Part shown: one piece after another, positions 14,238 through 26,036 of the stretch
Position numbering within the stretch: the first letter of the stretch is position 1
How the letters are laid out: every line of letters starts with the position of its first letter
DNA from: Paraspadella gotoi
Taxonomy: Eukaryota > Animalia > Chaetognatha
NCBI GenBank assembly: GCA_051294375.1
Contig: CM119263.1
Location: 18,562,816 to 18,626,627 of the forward strand
Reading direction: 5' to 3'
Length of the DNA: 63,812 bases
Notes under the pieces: generated by a model
What the model saw: only the letters and a program-made list of their open reading frames with translations
What the model was told of the DNA's origin: nothing
The model's database searches: none
Program-made: the position numbers and the translations under genes

Positions 14238-16184
14238 CAAGATTTTGTAACATTAATAAAAATAAAAAAAATTGCCTATTCAGCAAACGAATTTTTCGTT
14301 TCATCTCTAAACTATTTTAAATTAGCAAAATGAAATCAAAAATACAAAATAAGAAACTATAAGGAATACTAGGGAAAGATAACCGTCCGAAGGAGGCCAG
14401 CGTTAATTCTACAGAATCAATTGGGGCCAAGAATAGGGAATGCAATTTCTCTTTAAAAATGTTAATGCTAAATGAAGGCGAGGAAAAAAAAAAATCACTG
14501 CTCTAAAAACCAAAAACATTAGACTTATAAAATGGAATTTTTAATCAACAAATTTTGGAAAGAACGAATTCTTAATTTACGAAAACCGGTTGACACCAAA
14601 ACCATCAAAAGGGTTAACAATTCGTCTTCGTGTTATTTAATGTCAAGGATAGAGCACCGAAAACTATATAAACAAGAAAAGCTACTGAAACTCGTGAAAC
14701 TCGTTAAGTTTATTGCATGTATTCTTTCTATCAAATCACTTTTTATATTTTTTTAAAAAGATGAGGTACGCATTATTAATCGTAAGCATCTTTGGTAAGT
14801 TACTAAAAATAAACACTTAATCTTAAGAAAAGTCAAAATGCTAACTCGAATATTATTTTCAGTGTTGTGATTTTTTCTGACGAGTTCTTTGGCAAAACCA
14901 GTAAAAAGAAGCGGAAATGGATCAAGAAGCTGAGATGGTACAGTTTAAAATAATGTACAATTATATTATAACAATAATAATGACCCTTTTTCATTTTACA
15001 GAATTCAATATTAAGAGGAATATGCAACAAATACGGAGCTATATATTTTCAAATAGGGTAAATAAAAACATTCTAAATTATTCTAAAGAAAGCCTAAATC
15101 TTCTTACTGCATTCCTCTTTTATATTCTCCTATTCTCATGTAAATTTTGGGTTTGTTTTTTTACTTTAATTTTGATTTTCTTATAGACTTTAAAACGTAT
15201 AATTGGTAAAGATAATTGATAAACATATCGAAACTGCTCTTTCCTTTTTTAGTGGAGGATGGACAAGCATCCGCTGCCAACAGGGCGGTCGGGCGAGGAT
15301 AGCCCATCACATGGGTAGTAGCACCCGAAGTTAGTCGTATGCAAAACGTCGAGATACCGGGATTAAGCTTCCTTGTTATTTACTACCATAGGATTATAAA
15401 AAAATGAATTAGCATTGTAGTTCACACATATTCTGTATAATATCATACGGCACGAAATACGTCTTATTTTTTTTAGATTCTATTCTTATCCGGACGATCG
15501 TTTATTTTTCCTCTAATGTAGCAGGAAAAAATTACATTTCGTCATAAATTGATGAATGCATAATTTGTATATATCTTGAAAGCAATATATTCGGTGAAAA
15601 ATATTTTCCCAATTTGGAAAAATTAATAATAATAATTAATTTTAAGTCTCGCATTTGTTGGTGATTTATATTTATATCAAAAACTAACGTGTCACTTGTC
15701 CTCAAATTTAGATAGCCAGTTCTCACTTCATAACGATGGAAAAAAACCAAATCATGACATTTTTAAACTTTTATAAAAAAATTGAATTAAAAAAATGCGA
15801 GACTTTCCTTTGGTCTCCACCGCCCTTCCGCTCGTCCATAATTTTCTTTGATTTATCTCTCCATCCTACTTTCCCTCTCTCCATCCTTATATCTCTCTCT
15901 CTCTTCTTCTTTCCTTTCCTCCTTCCCTCGCCCGAAATGGACCCGCGGAGATTCGATGCCAGCCTCGATTTGCGTCTCATCGCCAGACGAGTGGCTCATC
16001 AATGGACGACATTTCTGGGACACGAGATCGAATTTTGAAGGAATTGGAAGGAGAAGAGAGAAGGGAAAGAGAGAGAGAAATGGGAAAAGGGAATAGAGGA
16101 GAAATGAGAGAGGAAGAATAGAGGGGAAAGAGACGTGAAGGAGGAGAGAAAAATTGGACGACGGGGGAGAAGGGAGATGTAGAA

Positions 16185-16235
16185 AAGAGTGAAGAGTGAA
16201 GAGTGAAGAGTGAAGAGTGAAGAGTGAAGAGTGAA
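16185..16235. repeat. Heptanucleotide repeat (AAGAGTG)n, about 7 copies
   Basis: Directly visible. Confidence 0.95.
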
Positions 16236-16602
16236 CAGAACCGAGATGAGCGATAGAGGAAAAGTTGGCCTACGTCGGAGAAGAAGTAGCCGAAGGAAAG
16301 AAATAAAAAGAAGGAGAGGAAGGAGATGTAAGAAAAGGTAAGTAGGTCGAGAAAAAAAAGGAGGATGGAGGAAGAAGAAAAAGAGGAAAGGAGGAAGAAG
16401 AGGAGAGAGCGAAAGATGAACACGAAGGAAAAGAAGGAGGAGGAAGACCACGCAACGTTTCTCTGTCTCGTTCTCTCGCTCTCTCGTTCCCGGTCGGTCA
16501 CGGGAACTCAGACAATCNNNNNNNNNNAAAAGAGAATTGAGGCAAGAATACGTCATCGCTGCTGTAGTAGATGATGGGGAAAATTTGTTGTTTTGGAGAG
16601 TC

Positions 16603-16935
16603 ATGTTGATGTTGTTGATGATGATGATGTTGTTGATGATGATAATGATGACGATGATGATGATGATAATGATGTTGATCATAATGATGACGATGATGAT
16701 GACGATGATGATGATGATAATGATGTTGATGATGATGAAGATAATGTTGATGTTGTTGATGATGATGATGATATTGAAGTTGATGATAATGATAATGATA
16801 AAGACGATGAAGATGATGAGGATGATGATGATGATGTTGATGATAATGATAATGACGATGATGATAACGACGCCGATGATGATGTTGTTGATGATGATGA
16901 AAATTATGATGATGATTACAAAGATAATAATAAAG
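16603..16935. repeat. Imperfect (GAT)n microsatellite with GTT/GAC/AAT variants
   Basis: Directly visible. It produces the spurious poly-Met and poly-Asp ORFs. Confidence 0.95.
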
Positions 16936-17104
16936 TTATGAAGAACAGGTTATCAATAATTACGTTGATGATGACGGTACTGACGATTTGAGTGTCCCAA
17001 GTAATGAATTTTAAATTATATTTAGGCACACCTCGATCACGGTTATTACAATCATTTTTGTACCTCTACATGTATTCAAAAGAGAATGAATTAATAATGA
17101 TAAC

Positions 17105-17409
17105 CATCATCATCATCATCATCATCATAATCATCATCATCATANNNNNNNNNNNNNNNNNNNNNNNNNNNNNNNNNNNNNNNNNNNNNNNNNNNNNNNN
17201 NNNNNNNNNNNNNNNNNNNNNNNNNNNNNNNNNNNNNNNNNNNNNNNNNNNNNNNNNNNNNNNNNNNNNNNNNNNNNNNNNNNNNNNNNNNNNNNNNNNN
17301 NNNNNNNNNNNNNNNNNNNNNNNNNNNNNNNNNNNNNNNNNNNNNNNNNNNNNNNNNNNNNNNNNNNNNNNNNNNNNNNNNNNNNNNNNNNNNNNNNNNN
17401 NNNNNNNNN

Positions 17410-17443
<34 letters not shown>
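17105..17443. repeat. (CAT)n microsatellite spanning an N gap
   Basis: CAT repeats lie on both sides of the gap. Confidence 0.85.
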
Positions 17444-19164
17444 GCCAGGTTTCCCTTTCCCCTACCACGCGTCGCTCCACATCGACGTCGCGGAAGAGAC
17501 AATAACACGTTTGTAAATCNNNNNNNNNNNNNNNNNNNNNNNNNNNNNNNNNNNNNNNNNNNNNNNNNNNNNNNNNNNNNNNNNNNNNNNNNNNNNNNNN
17601 NNNNNNNNNNNNNNNNNNNNNNNNNNNNNNNNNNNNNNNNNNNNNNNNNNNNNNNNNNNNNNNNNNNNNNNNNNNNNNNNNNNNNNNNNNNNNNNNNNNN
17701 NNNNNNNNNNNNNNNNNNNNNNNNNNNNNNNCTACGAACTCACGCCTCCTGATTGTCTCCCCGTCGCGCCCTTTCTCTTTTCCAAAACCCGTAACCCAAT
17801 GACGGGTGAATTTAAGTGTTCCATTTTCGGTTTTGTGTTCCTNNNNNNNNNNNNNNNNNNNNNNNNNNNNNNNNNNNNNNNNNNNNNNNNNNNNNNNNNN
17901 NNNNNNNNNNNNNNNNNNNNNNNNNNNNNNNNNNNNNNNNNNNNNNNNNNNNNNNNNNNNNNNNNNNNNNNNNNNNNNNNNNNNNNNNNNNNNNNNNNNN
18001 NNNNNNNNNNNNNNNNNNNNNNNNNNNNNNNNNNNNNNNNNNNNNNNNNNNNNNNNNNNNNNNNNNNNNNNNNNNNNNNNNNNNNNNNNNNNNNNNNNNN
18101 NNNNNNNNNNNNNNNNNNNNNNNNNNNNNNNNNNNNNNNNNNNNNNNNNNNNNNNNNNNNNNNNNNNNNNNNNNNNNNNNNNNNNNNNNNNNNNNNNNNN
18201 NNNNNNNNNNNNNNNNNNNNNNNNNNNNNNNNNNNNNNNNNNNNNNNNNNNNNNNNNNNNNNNNNNNNNNNNNNNNNNNNNNNNNNNNNNNNNNNNNNNN
18301 NNNNNNNNNNNNNNNNNNNNNNNNNNNNNNNNNNNNNNNNNNNNNNNNNNNNTCTCTCTCTCTCTCTCTCTCTCATTTGCGCTAGAGAGCGTGAAATTGA
18401 AGTGTCACTGGTAATATAACTGAGAAAAACCGTAATAGAAAAAAAACCTGTGGTGTTACTTCTACAACGGCGGTATGCGTGAAAACGACTTACCGCTTTC
18501 CAAGAGAGGGCGTGCCTGCGCGTCGCGTGATATTCAAATTCCGATTCTTCGAGTAAAAACCGGTCGACGATGACGACGACAAAGATGAGGATGAAGATGA
18601 TAGTCAAGTATTCAAGAACAAATCTTCGGAATCCGCGATGAAAGAAAAGAGGAAAAAAAAACATTTCAGAGAAAATTTTAGAATTCAGGATTAACTTGAC
18701 CCTGGATGCGGTATCGACTAGGAAGGGTCGAGCCTTCTGGTTTTTTCCTCCAATCATCGGCCGAGTTTAAGTAGAATCACGGCGAATGAGAATGGGAAGA
18801 AGCGACGAAGCGAATTCGTGACGTTCACGCATTGAGTTCTCAACCATGGATGGAACCAGTTCCATCCTACCATGGAATCCAAACTTTCGATTGGCCGATT
18901 CGATTTTCTCGAATCGTGATTGGTCGTAAAGGTCGTCCTTATTTCGGACATCGACTTCTTTGACGACGTCGTCGTTCTTATCGTCGTCGCCGTCGCCGTC
19001 CGTGCATCAGAGACGGAATGGAAAACGAGGAAGCTGCGTGTCAACGGACAGAGCAGATTTTCCGTAGAGTTCTGTCAAAGAAAATTTAAGTTTCTTCCCT
19101 TTCGGAAAAAACCCCGCTATTTCGCCCATAATAGATCGCGCAACGAGAAAGCCTTGGTCGCGCG

Positions 19165-19292
<128 letters not shown>

Positions 19293-19385
19293 CGGCACTA
19301 GTTCTCGTCATTCTCCTCCTCTTTCCCTTCGACTTCGATTCGATTTTGCGTCAATTTTTTTCTTCTTTTTATTTTTCTGTTGCAG

Positions 19386-19791
19386 AAATCGAACTTGTCC
19401 CGCCTCATTCGTCCGTTTACATTTGACAAAAAATCTCGAGACTTCGAAGTTGTGCTTTTACTCTGTTCACTAGTCAGAACTCACGAAACGAAACTTTTTT
19501 TCATTTTCCGATTTACTCTTTCTTCGCGACAAAGTCTTTTTATCAATTTTTCCATCCTGCATCTGAATTCCTCGGATATTAATCCCTCGCCCGGAATTAA
19601 AATTTAAGGACAAAGATTAAAAAAAAGCTGGACCCATATAGCCGAATCGCATCGTCGTTGTCGTTGTCGTCGTTGTCGTTGACAAGAATTAGAGAAGCGA
19701 ACTCCGTCGACGATCCACTCCAGCTCCGTGACCGACTTTGTTCCGTCCTCAAATCGTCGCGACCGACCAACTCGTCTATCATCTCTTGACA
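19386..19791 (+). other. Probable 5' UTR part of the anosmin exon, downstream of a splice acceptor
   Basis: A long pyrimidine tract (tttttttcttctttttatttttctgttgcAG) ends at 19385. I found no ATG between 19386 and the start codon at 19792. Confidence 0.45.
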
Positions 19792-20098
19792 ATGTCGCCC
19801 GTATTCCATCGCGTACTCATCCTACTCGCTTGCTGCATCAACGTCCTAGGCAAAAATGGAATCCATCGACCGTTGGTGTCGGCGCGTTGCAAGGCCCGCT
19901 GCCTGAAGGAACTCGACGATCTGCTGGAGAATCTCGACTCTTTGGAGGCGGGATTGTCGGACAATCAGGGCAGCGCGTCGGCGGCGGCGGCTGCTGCGGG
20001 GGTGTTCCATCATTTCCAACGGAAGCCCTCGCTCATGACTTGTCTGCAGGAACAGTCTTGCGCGTCTTGTATTCGACCCTGCGATCTCATATTCACGG
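19792..20098 (+). CDS. ANOS1: First coding exon of an anosmin-1 (KAL1/ANOS1) homologue: signal peptide plus cysteine-rich N-terminal region; partial CDS with a phase-1 intron after ...IFT-G
   Basis: ATG at 19792 with A at -3. Translation: MSPVFHRVLILLACCINVLG (hydrophobic signal peptide), then SARCKARCL...FHHFQRKPSLMTCLQEQSCASCIRPC. This matches human anosmin-1 as I recall it (RARCASRCL...[26 protein letters not shown]) with the same C-x3-C and C-x5-C-x2-C-x3-C spacing. A perfect GTAAGT donor sits at 20099-20104, followed by AT-rich intron-like sequence. Confidence 0.88.
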
Positions 20099-20952
20099 GT
20101 AAGTCTTGTGAAAAACTTTTTAAACCGTCTTTTAAAAGTTTTATCAGCTGCACTTTTTTGTATTAATTTTAGTTAGTTATTTTTCTGAAGAAACATGACT
20201 TTCTCTAAAAAAAGAAGCATTTCCTCCATGAAGGGAATCGCCGCAATATTCAATGCATTTGTTTTCCCACTGAAAATATTCAGTTTTAATTTTTTATTCG
20301 ATATAAAAATCGATATTTTTCCTCCAATTTTTTTTTCTCTCTCAATCTCTCACGCACCGGCGCGTCAATTTTTTTCACGATCACTCCTTTCACTCTCTTC
20401 ACAACATCCACGCAATTTGCATTCTTCACTCGATACATTCGACTCTCCGCCACACCTTTAAAACCCCAACGGCGTCGAAGCCACTTAAGCCGTTCACACC
20501 TCTCACGCCATTCGCGTCTTTCACATCGACGCCACGTATCACATCGACGTCGTTTCGTATCGGTTTATGGAAATTAGATATTTCTTTTTCTCCGCCCCTC
20601 TCGCTCGCTCTCTTACTTTCTCTCGCTCTCTCTATCGCATTCTCTCGGAGTCTCGCTATCGCATTCTCTTGCTCCGCAGCGCGCTCGACGGAGATAGAGA
20701 GATAGACTATACAAAGGCGACGTATTGATTTATGCAAATGAGATTTTAGCACCTTCCGCGCTCCCCCGGTATGTCGTCATCGACGGACGGAAGAGGGAGT
20801 TGGAGAAACCGGGAGAGGTAGAGAGACAGAGTCATTGCCACTCCACACCTCCACGTAGATTATTGGAAAAACGACAGAATTGCATTTTTTTTTCTTTATT
20901 CGCCTTATCGGGTGAGGGGCAATGAACCTGGTTGTTTGAGTGAACATGATAG

Positions 20953-21082
<130 letters not shown>

Positions 21083-21339
21083 TAAAAGAGAGGGTTTGAT
21101 AGCCGAATATCGATTTATTTATGACGCTGGACAATTTAGCAGCGAAGGATCAGATAAAACGAAAAAACTATAACCATATATATATTTAAAGCGGCGTTTG
21201 TGAATCGGGTCGAATTCTTTGTCTCCCGCGTCAAAAATTAAAAAGGCAATAACAATATTTCTTCCCGCGATTTTGACGATGGTTAATTCACGAGTCGCCT
21301 CATCGAATGTGTCATTCTCAGAGTAAATACCGAAGCTGC

Positions 21340-21420
21340 GTAGCGATGCAGTGTAGCGACGCAGTGGAGCGACGCAGTGGAGCGACGCACAGTAGTGAGT
21401 CAGTGGAGCGTAACGCAGAG
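21340..21420. repeat. Short ~13-bp tandem repeat (GCAGTGGAGCGAC)
   Basis: gcagtgtagcgac gcagtggagcgac gcagtggagcgac gca, plus degenerate flanking copies. Confidence 0.8.
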
Positions 21421-21826
21421 TCGGCGAGCAGAAACGAATTGCGATGGACCGAACAAACAAGTTGGGCTGGAACTTGGGAACTTGGAAGAAAAGCCGAAAG
21501 GGAGGAAAGGAAAGTAAAACGAAGCGAGTAAAGCTGAAAAAAAAAGATTGACGAAAATAAAAGAAAAGAGAAAATCGAAAGAAGGCAAGAAGGCAAGAAA
21601 AAAGTAGTGGGAAAAAAATGGTCTCGGGAGAAGGAAAGGGAAAGAAAAATGTTCACGCAGCCGAAGGAAAAGAAAGAGAAACGTTAAAAAGCAAACGAGC
21701 AAGGGATAAAACGCTAAAAAGTGTGGAACAACAAAAAATGAAACTGAACTAAACTTACAAAAGAAAAAGTGAAAAGGTTCCGTCTTTTATTTGTCACCCA
21801 AAAAAATGCGAGCCGATCGTAAAAGG

Positions 21827-21888
21827 TTATCCAAGTGATAAAATTTGTCTGAGTGATAAAAGTTATCCGAGTGATAAAAATTGTCCGA
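21827..21888. repeat. 18-bp tandem repeat, about 3.5 copies, each full copy containing TGATAA
   Basis: ttatccaagtgataaaat ttgtctgagtgataaaag ttatccgagtgataaaaa ttgtccga. Confidence 0.85.
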
Positions 21889-24119
21889 CCATGAATTCTT
21901 GCTCGTAAACGCGCGGGTTATTGAAGGTCCTGTTCTCGAAGAAAGAAGAGGATGATTTCCCGTTATGACGAATTCTACTCGATTGCAAACATCGAGAAAA
22001 TATCGCTTTGCCAACGATGATAATCGAAATAAAACTTTGACTACCCATCAGTGAATAGGAAAAAAAACTCGCTTTCCTTGTTTGGGGTGATTTTGCTGCT
22101 GCTGCAAACCTGCTTGTTCTACTCAATTCTTTTAATGCGAGTCTTCGTTATTGCGGAAAGCATTCGAGTTTCACCGAGAAAAATCCGCCTCTAACGAAAT
22201 CACGTGATCAGAAAGACCGACGCTCGAAATTCCAAATCACCGTCTTCCATCATTCCTCAGCAAAGCTCGCATCGAGCAAAAAAAATAATGACGAGAAGAG
22301 TTAGAATCGAGAGAGACGAGAGAGAGAGAGAGATAGACGAGAGAGAGAGAGAGAGCAGAGAGCCAGCCAGTACGAGAGAGAGAGAGAGACGAGAAGAGAG
22401 AGCACGCAGAGAGAGAGAAGAGAGAGTCACGAGATGTTCATTCAGACATGTAGAGTCACAGCGGCGGTCATATTGTATGCGTTTTGCGTCGCCAACGCTG
22501 GACGCGGACTCTTTTTGTCTCGAGGCTCGGGGGGCAGGATATACGCGCCACTGTGGCAGCAGAAAGCATTTTCTCTTCTCTCTCTCTCTCTCTCTTCTTT
22601 CATACCTCTTAACCCTCTCCCCAACTTTCTTTTTAGTTCGCCCGTCCATCTGCCTTCTCCATATTTTCCATTCTTCACTCACTGACACACCCATGTTCTT
22701 CGGACGTCCTCTCTACCTCTTACCTTTACCTCTCTACTCTTTACCTGCTCCTCTCTAACTCTGTTTTCCTCCTTTTCTTCGCTTCATCCAAATGAATAGT
22801 GAAAGAGAATTTGAATGGACATATTCTCCTTCTCTCCGCCTCCGACGACGACACCGAGACAACGACGAGACAAGGACGAAAGGACGCAGACGCACGGACC
22901 ATTCCGGAGGCCGTGGGAACCGGCGCCGGCATCGACGCTAATGAGGCGGCGGCTTCTTCTGATTTCTTTCGCTCTTATTAGCCACCATTATTTTCTTCAC
23001 TCGAAGCGCGAGAGAGAGACGGAGACGTTAAGATCATAGTTCGCAGCTCGGCTCGAGATGGAGGAAGAAGAGAGAAACATGAAGAAATATATCTTGACTG
23101 AAGCTATAATACAGAATTGAGGTTCTTTTATCATCAATTTTCAATTTCTCATCTTTCTCTCTCTCTCTCTCTCTCTGCTCTCCTACTCTCTCTCTCTACT
23201 CTCTCTCTCTCTCTTCTCTCTCATCTCTCTTCTCCTCTCTCTTCTTCTCTCTCTTTCCTCCCCCAAAAACATATTGAACGCGTCCGATATGGTTGTTCAG
23301 TGGATACTTTTGATTTCCTTCGTTATTTTTTATTTGTTCTTCTTTAGAATTTCCCCTTATTTTTTTTCTTCTCAAGTTTACCTGGAACGAATTTATGACG
23401 CCTACTTTTAGTTTAACTTTGTTCCAGATCTCCTTCTCTTTTCTCTCTCCTCTTTATCCCTCTTCTTTTTCTTTATCTTTCTTTTCTTTTTCCTCCAACC
23501 ATTGTTATCTCCTTTTCCTCCCCCGCTCTCCAGTCGTCATCGATTTTTATGTTTTCTTTCCGCTTTTTTTCCTTTCCTCTCTTCCTCCTTTTCGTCCGAA
23601 GCCATTATTCATTTTTTTTTCGGTTCTGCCGCATCCGCCTTTCATCATCTTCCATCTCATATTCAACTCGTCATTTCCGTCTATTTTTATCGTTAACTAC
23701 CTCATCTTTTCTAAGATTTTTTTTTCTTATTTATTTTTCAATTCGCTGTTTATTTTCGTCTACAGATCTTCAGTGCTCTTCTTCGAAATTTTTCTTCCCT
23801 TTTTCTTGCTCACTTTCTCAAGTTCTTTTTAGATTTACGAGCCGGATTTTAACTTTTTTCTTTAAGTTTCTTAAGAGGTACGAAAAAATAAAAAAATAAC
23901 TTATCAGCTGTCTGCACCTACAGTCTCTTCTACTCTTTTTTCTTTCTTTCTTTCATTCTCTCATTTTCTCTTTCTTTAATTCATTCTCTTCTACTCTTTT
24001 TTCTTACTTTCTTTATTTTTTTCTTTCTTTATTTATTTTTTTTCTTTCTTTCTCTTTTTTTTCTTTTTTACTATATTTCGTTTTTTCTAACTTTTTTCTT
24101 CCCTCTTTTTTCTTTTCTA

Positions 24120-24190
<71 letters not shown>

Positions 24191-24245
24191 ACTATCTATC
24201 TATCTATCTATCGATCTATCTTTCTCTCTATCTATCTATCTATCA
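24120..24245. repeat. (TATC)n tetranucleotide microsatellite
   Basis: Directly visible. Confidence 0.95.
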
Positions 24246-24471
24246 TTATATCTATTTAAAATCGTATCAAAGCTCTTTCCTATCCTTCCTCCCTTTTCGT
24301 GATCTCCCTCGTTTGTTTGCGCCTCCCATTTCTTTTCTTTTTTCCTCGACTTTCCTTCAAATTCCTCTTCCTCTTCCTCCCCCTTATTCCTTCGCACGAA
24401 CCTTCCGGAGAACAAAAGACTGGAACCGTTGAGTCTGAGCGAGATGAGAGAGAGGAGGGAGAGCAGAGAGA

Positions 24472-24562
<91 letters not shown>

Positions 24563-24879
24563 AAGGAGGGAGGGAGGGAGAGAGAGAGAGGGGGGAGGAT
24601 AGATTTACGAAGGGACAGAAGGAACAGAGAAGTAGAGAAAGAGGAGAAAAATGAGAGGAGGGTTTAGGTCAAGATGAGAGGAGGAGTGAGAGAATGAAAG
24701 GAGATCAAAATCAGGGTTTGAGATGAGAAAGTCTATCGCGAAAAGGCGGAAGGCTGTTAGGGGACGATCATTCATATTTCCTTCTTTTCTCGTCGACGAA
24801 CGACGCTAAACGATCCAATCAATCAATCGATCGGTGATTCCCCAAAGACGAAGTCGGTTAAGACGACGAGGCCGTATGA

Positions 24880-24914
<35 letters not shown>

Positions 24915-25951
24915 AGACGACGCCTACAAGGGCTTCCAGCGATTCAATGAAGTCGCTGGGGGATTTCGTCGTCCTTGTCGTCATCGTCCTCGTCTCCGCT
25001 GTGAATCGGCGGCGCGTGACTCATTTGTGACTCGTTATTCACGGTCGTCTTCTTCGTTGTCGTCGTCTTAGTCGCCTTCGTCGTCTTCATCTAGGTCGTC
25101 GTCGTACGTCGACGTATGTCGTCATGTTCATCGTCGTCGTCATCGGCATCGTCTTCTTCGTCGTCTTCGTCTCTGTCGTCGTCGTCGAGTTCGCCGTCTT
25201 CATTATCGTCGTCGCCGTTGTCGTCTTCGTCGTCGCCGACGTCGCACTTCCGGCGCCGATTTTCTTTGCCGATGAAGCGAAAAAAAAGTTGGTTCGGGTG
25301 AGGATTAGGAAATCATCATTTAGCGTCTGGCCTTAGAAGGAGGATTTTAGGAAGAGATGCGAGGCTAAAAGAATTTTTTTTCTGAAAAGAAGGGTAAGTA
25401 TTTAATAAAGAAAAATAATTTTTTGACAGGGTAAGGATTTTCAAAATGTCGGTGACTCGAATCAAAAGAGAATTGGAACGCGAAGACGTTTAATTAGATT
25501 GGATTCTTTAGAAATTCTCTCATCTCTCTTCTCCTCTCTGCTTCCGACTCCATCTCCTCGTCTCATCTCTCCTCAGTCTCTCCTCTCCTCTCCGTCTCTC
25601 TCTCCTTCCTCTCTCCTCCGTGAACCTCACGACATTATACCAGCATTACCGAACACCCGGTCCTTCGCTAAAACCCAGCCCGACCAAGAGTCACAACACA
25701 CGTACGACCATCGCCGTCCCACCTCCCACAACCCGCAAGAGGATCATACTTACCACGCGTGAACACCCCGCAACCAGCCGAAACGCGAGATAGGCGCGAA
25801 CCCCTGGTCATTCTCCTCGTTGTCTCTTTCGGACCAGAAGTCGTTGGTCCGAACGAAGGGTCTCGTTTTTTCCCTAACCTCGTTACGTTTTGTCCGCCGA
25901 ATTTCTCCTCTCGTCGCATCCTCTCTCTCTCTCTCACTCTTCTTCTCTCTC

Positions 25952-25984
<33 letters not shown>

Positions 25985-26004
25985 CTCATCTCTTTCTCTC
26001 TCTT

Positions 26005-26036
<32 letters not shown>

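Larger units (their letters stand above)
14086..14310. repeat. ~225-bp imperfect palindrome (two inverted ~100-120-bp arms), probably inverted pseudo-LTR remnants of a Penelope-like element
   Basis: Left arm TTAGAGATGAAACG...GTTTCGACTCTTAGTATTA...GTCTTCATCAGCTGAT is mirrored by ATCAGCTGATGAAGAC...TAATACTAAGAGTCGAAAC...CGTTTCATCTCTAA, with only a few nt of spacer near 14190. Confidence 0.9.

Noticed and set aside
16537-16991. Poly-Met and poly-Asp ORFs
   Set aside because: They are simply translations of the (GAT)n microsatellite, with no splice or domain support.
23753-23774. Minus-strand CTGAAGA...GAAA as another hammerhead
   Set aside because: It has no credible stem II/III or NUH cleavage site and is a chance match.
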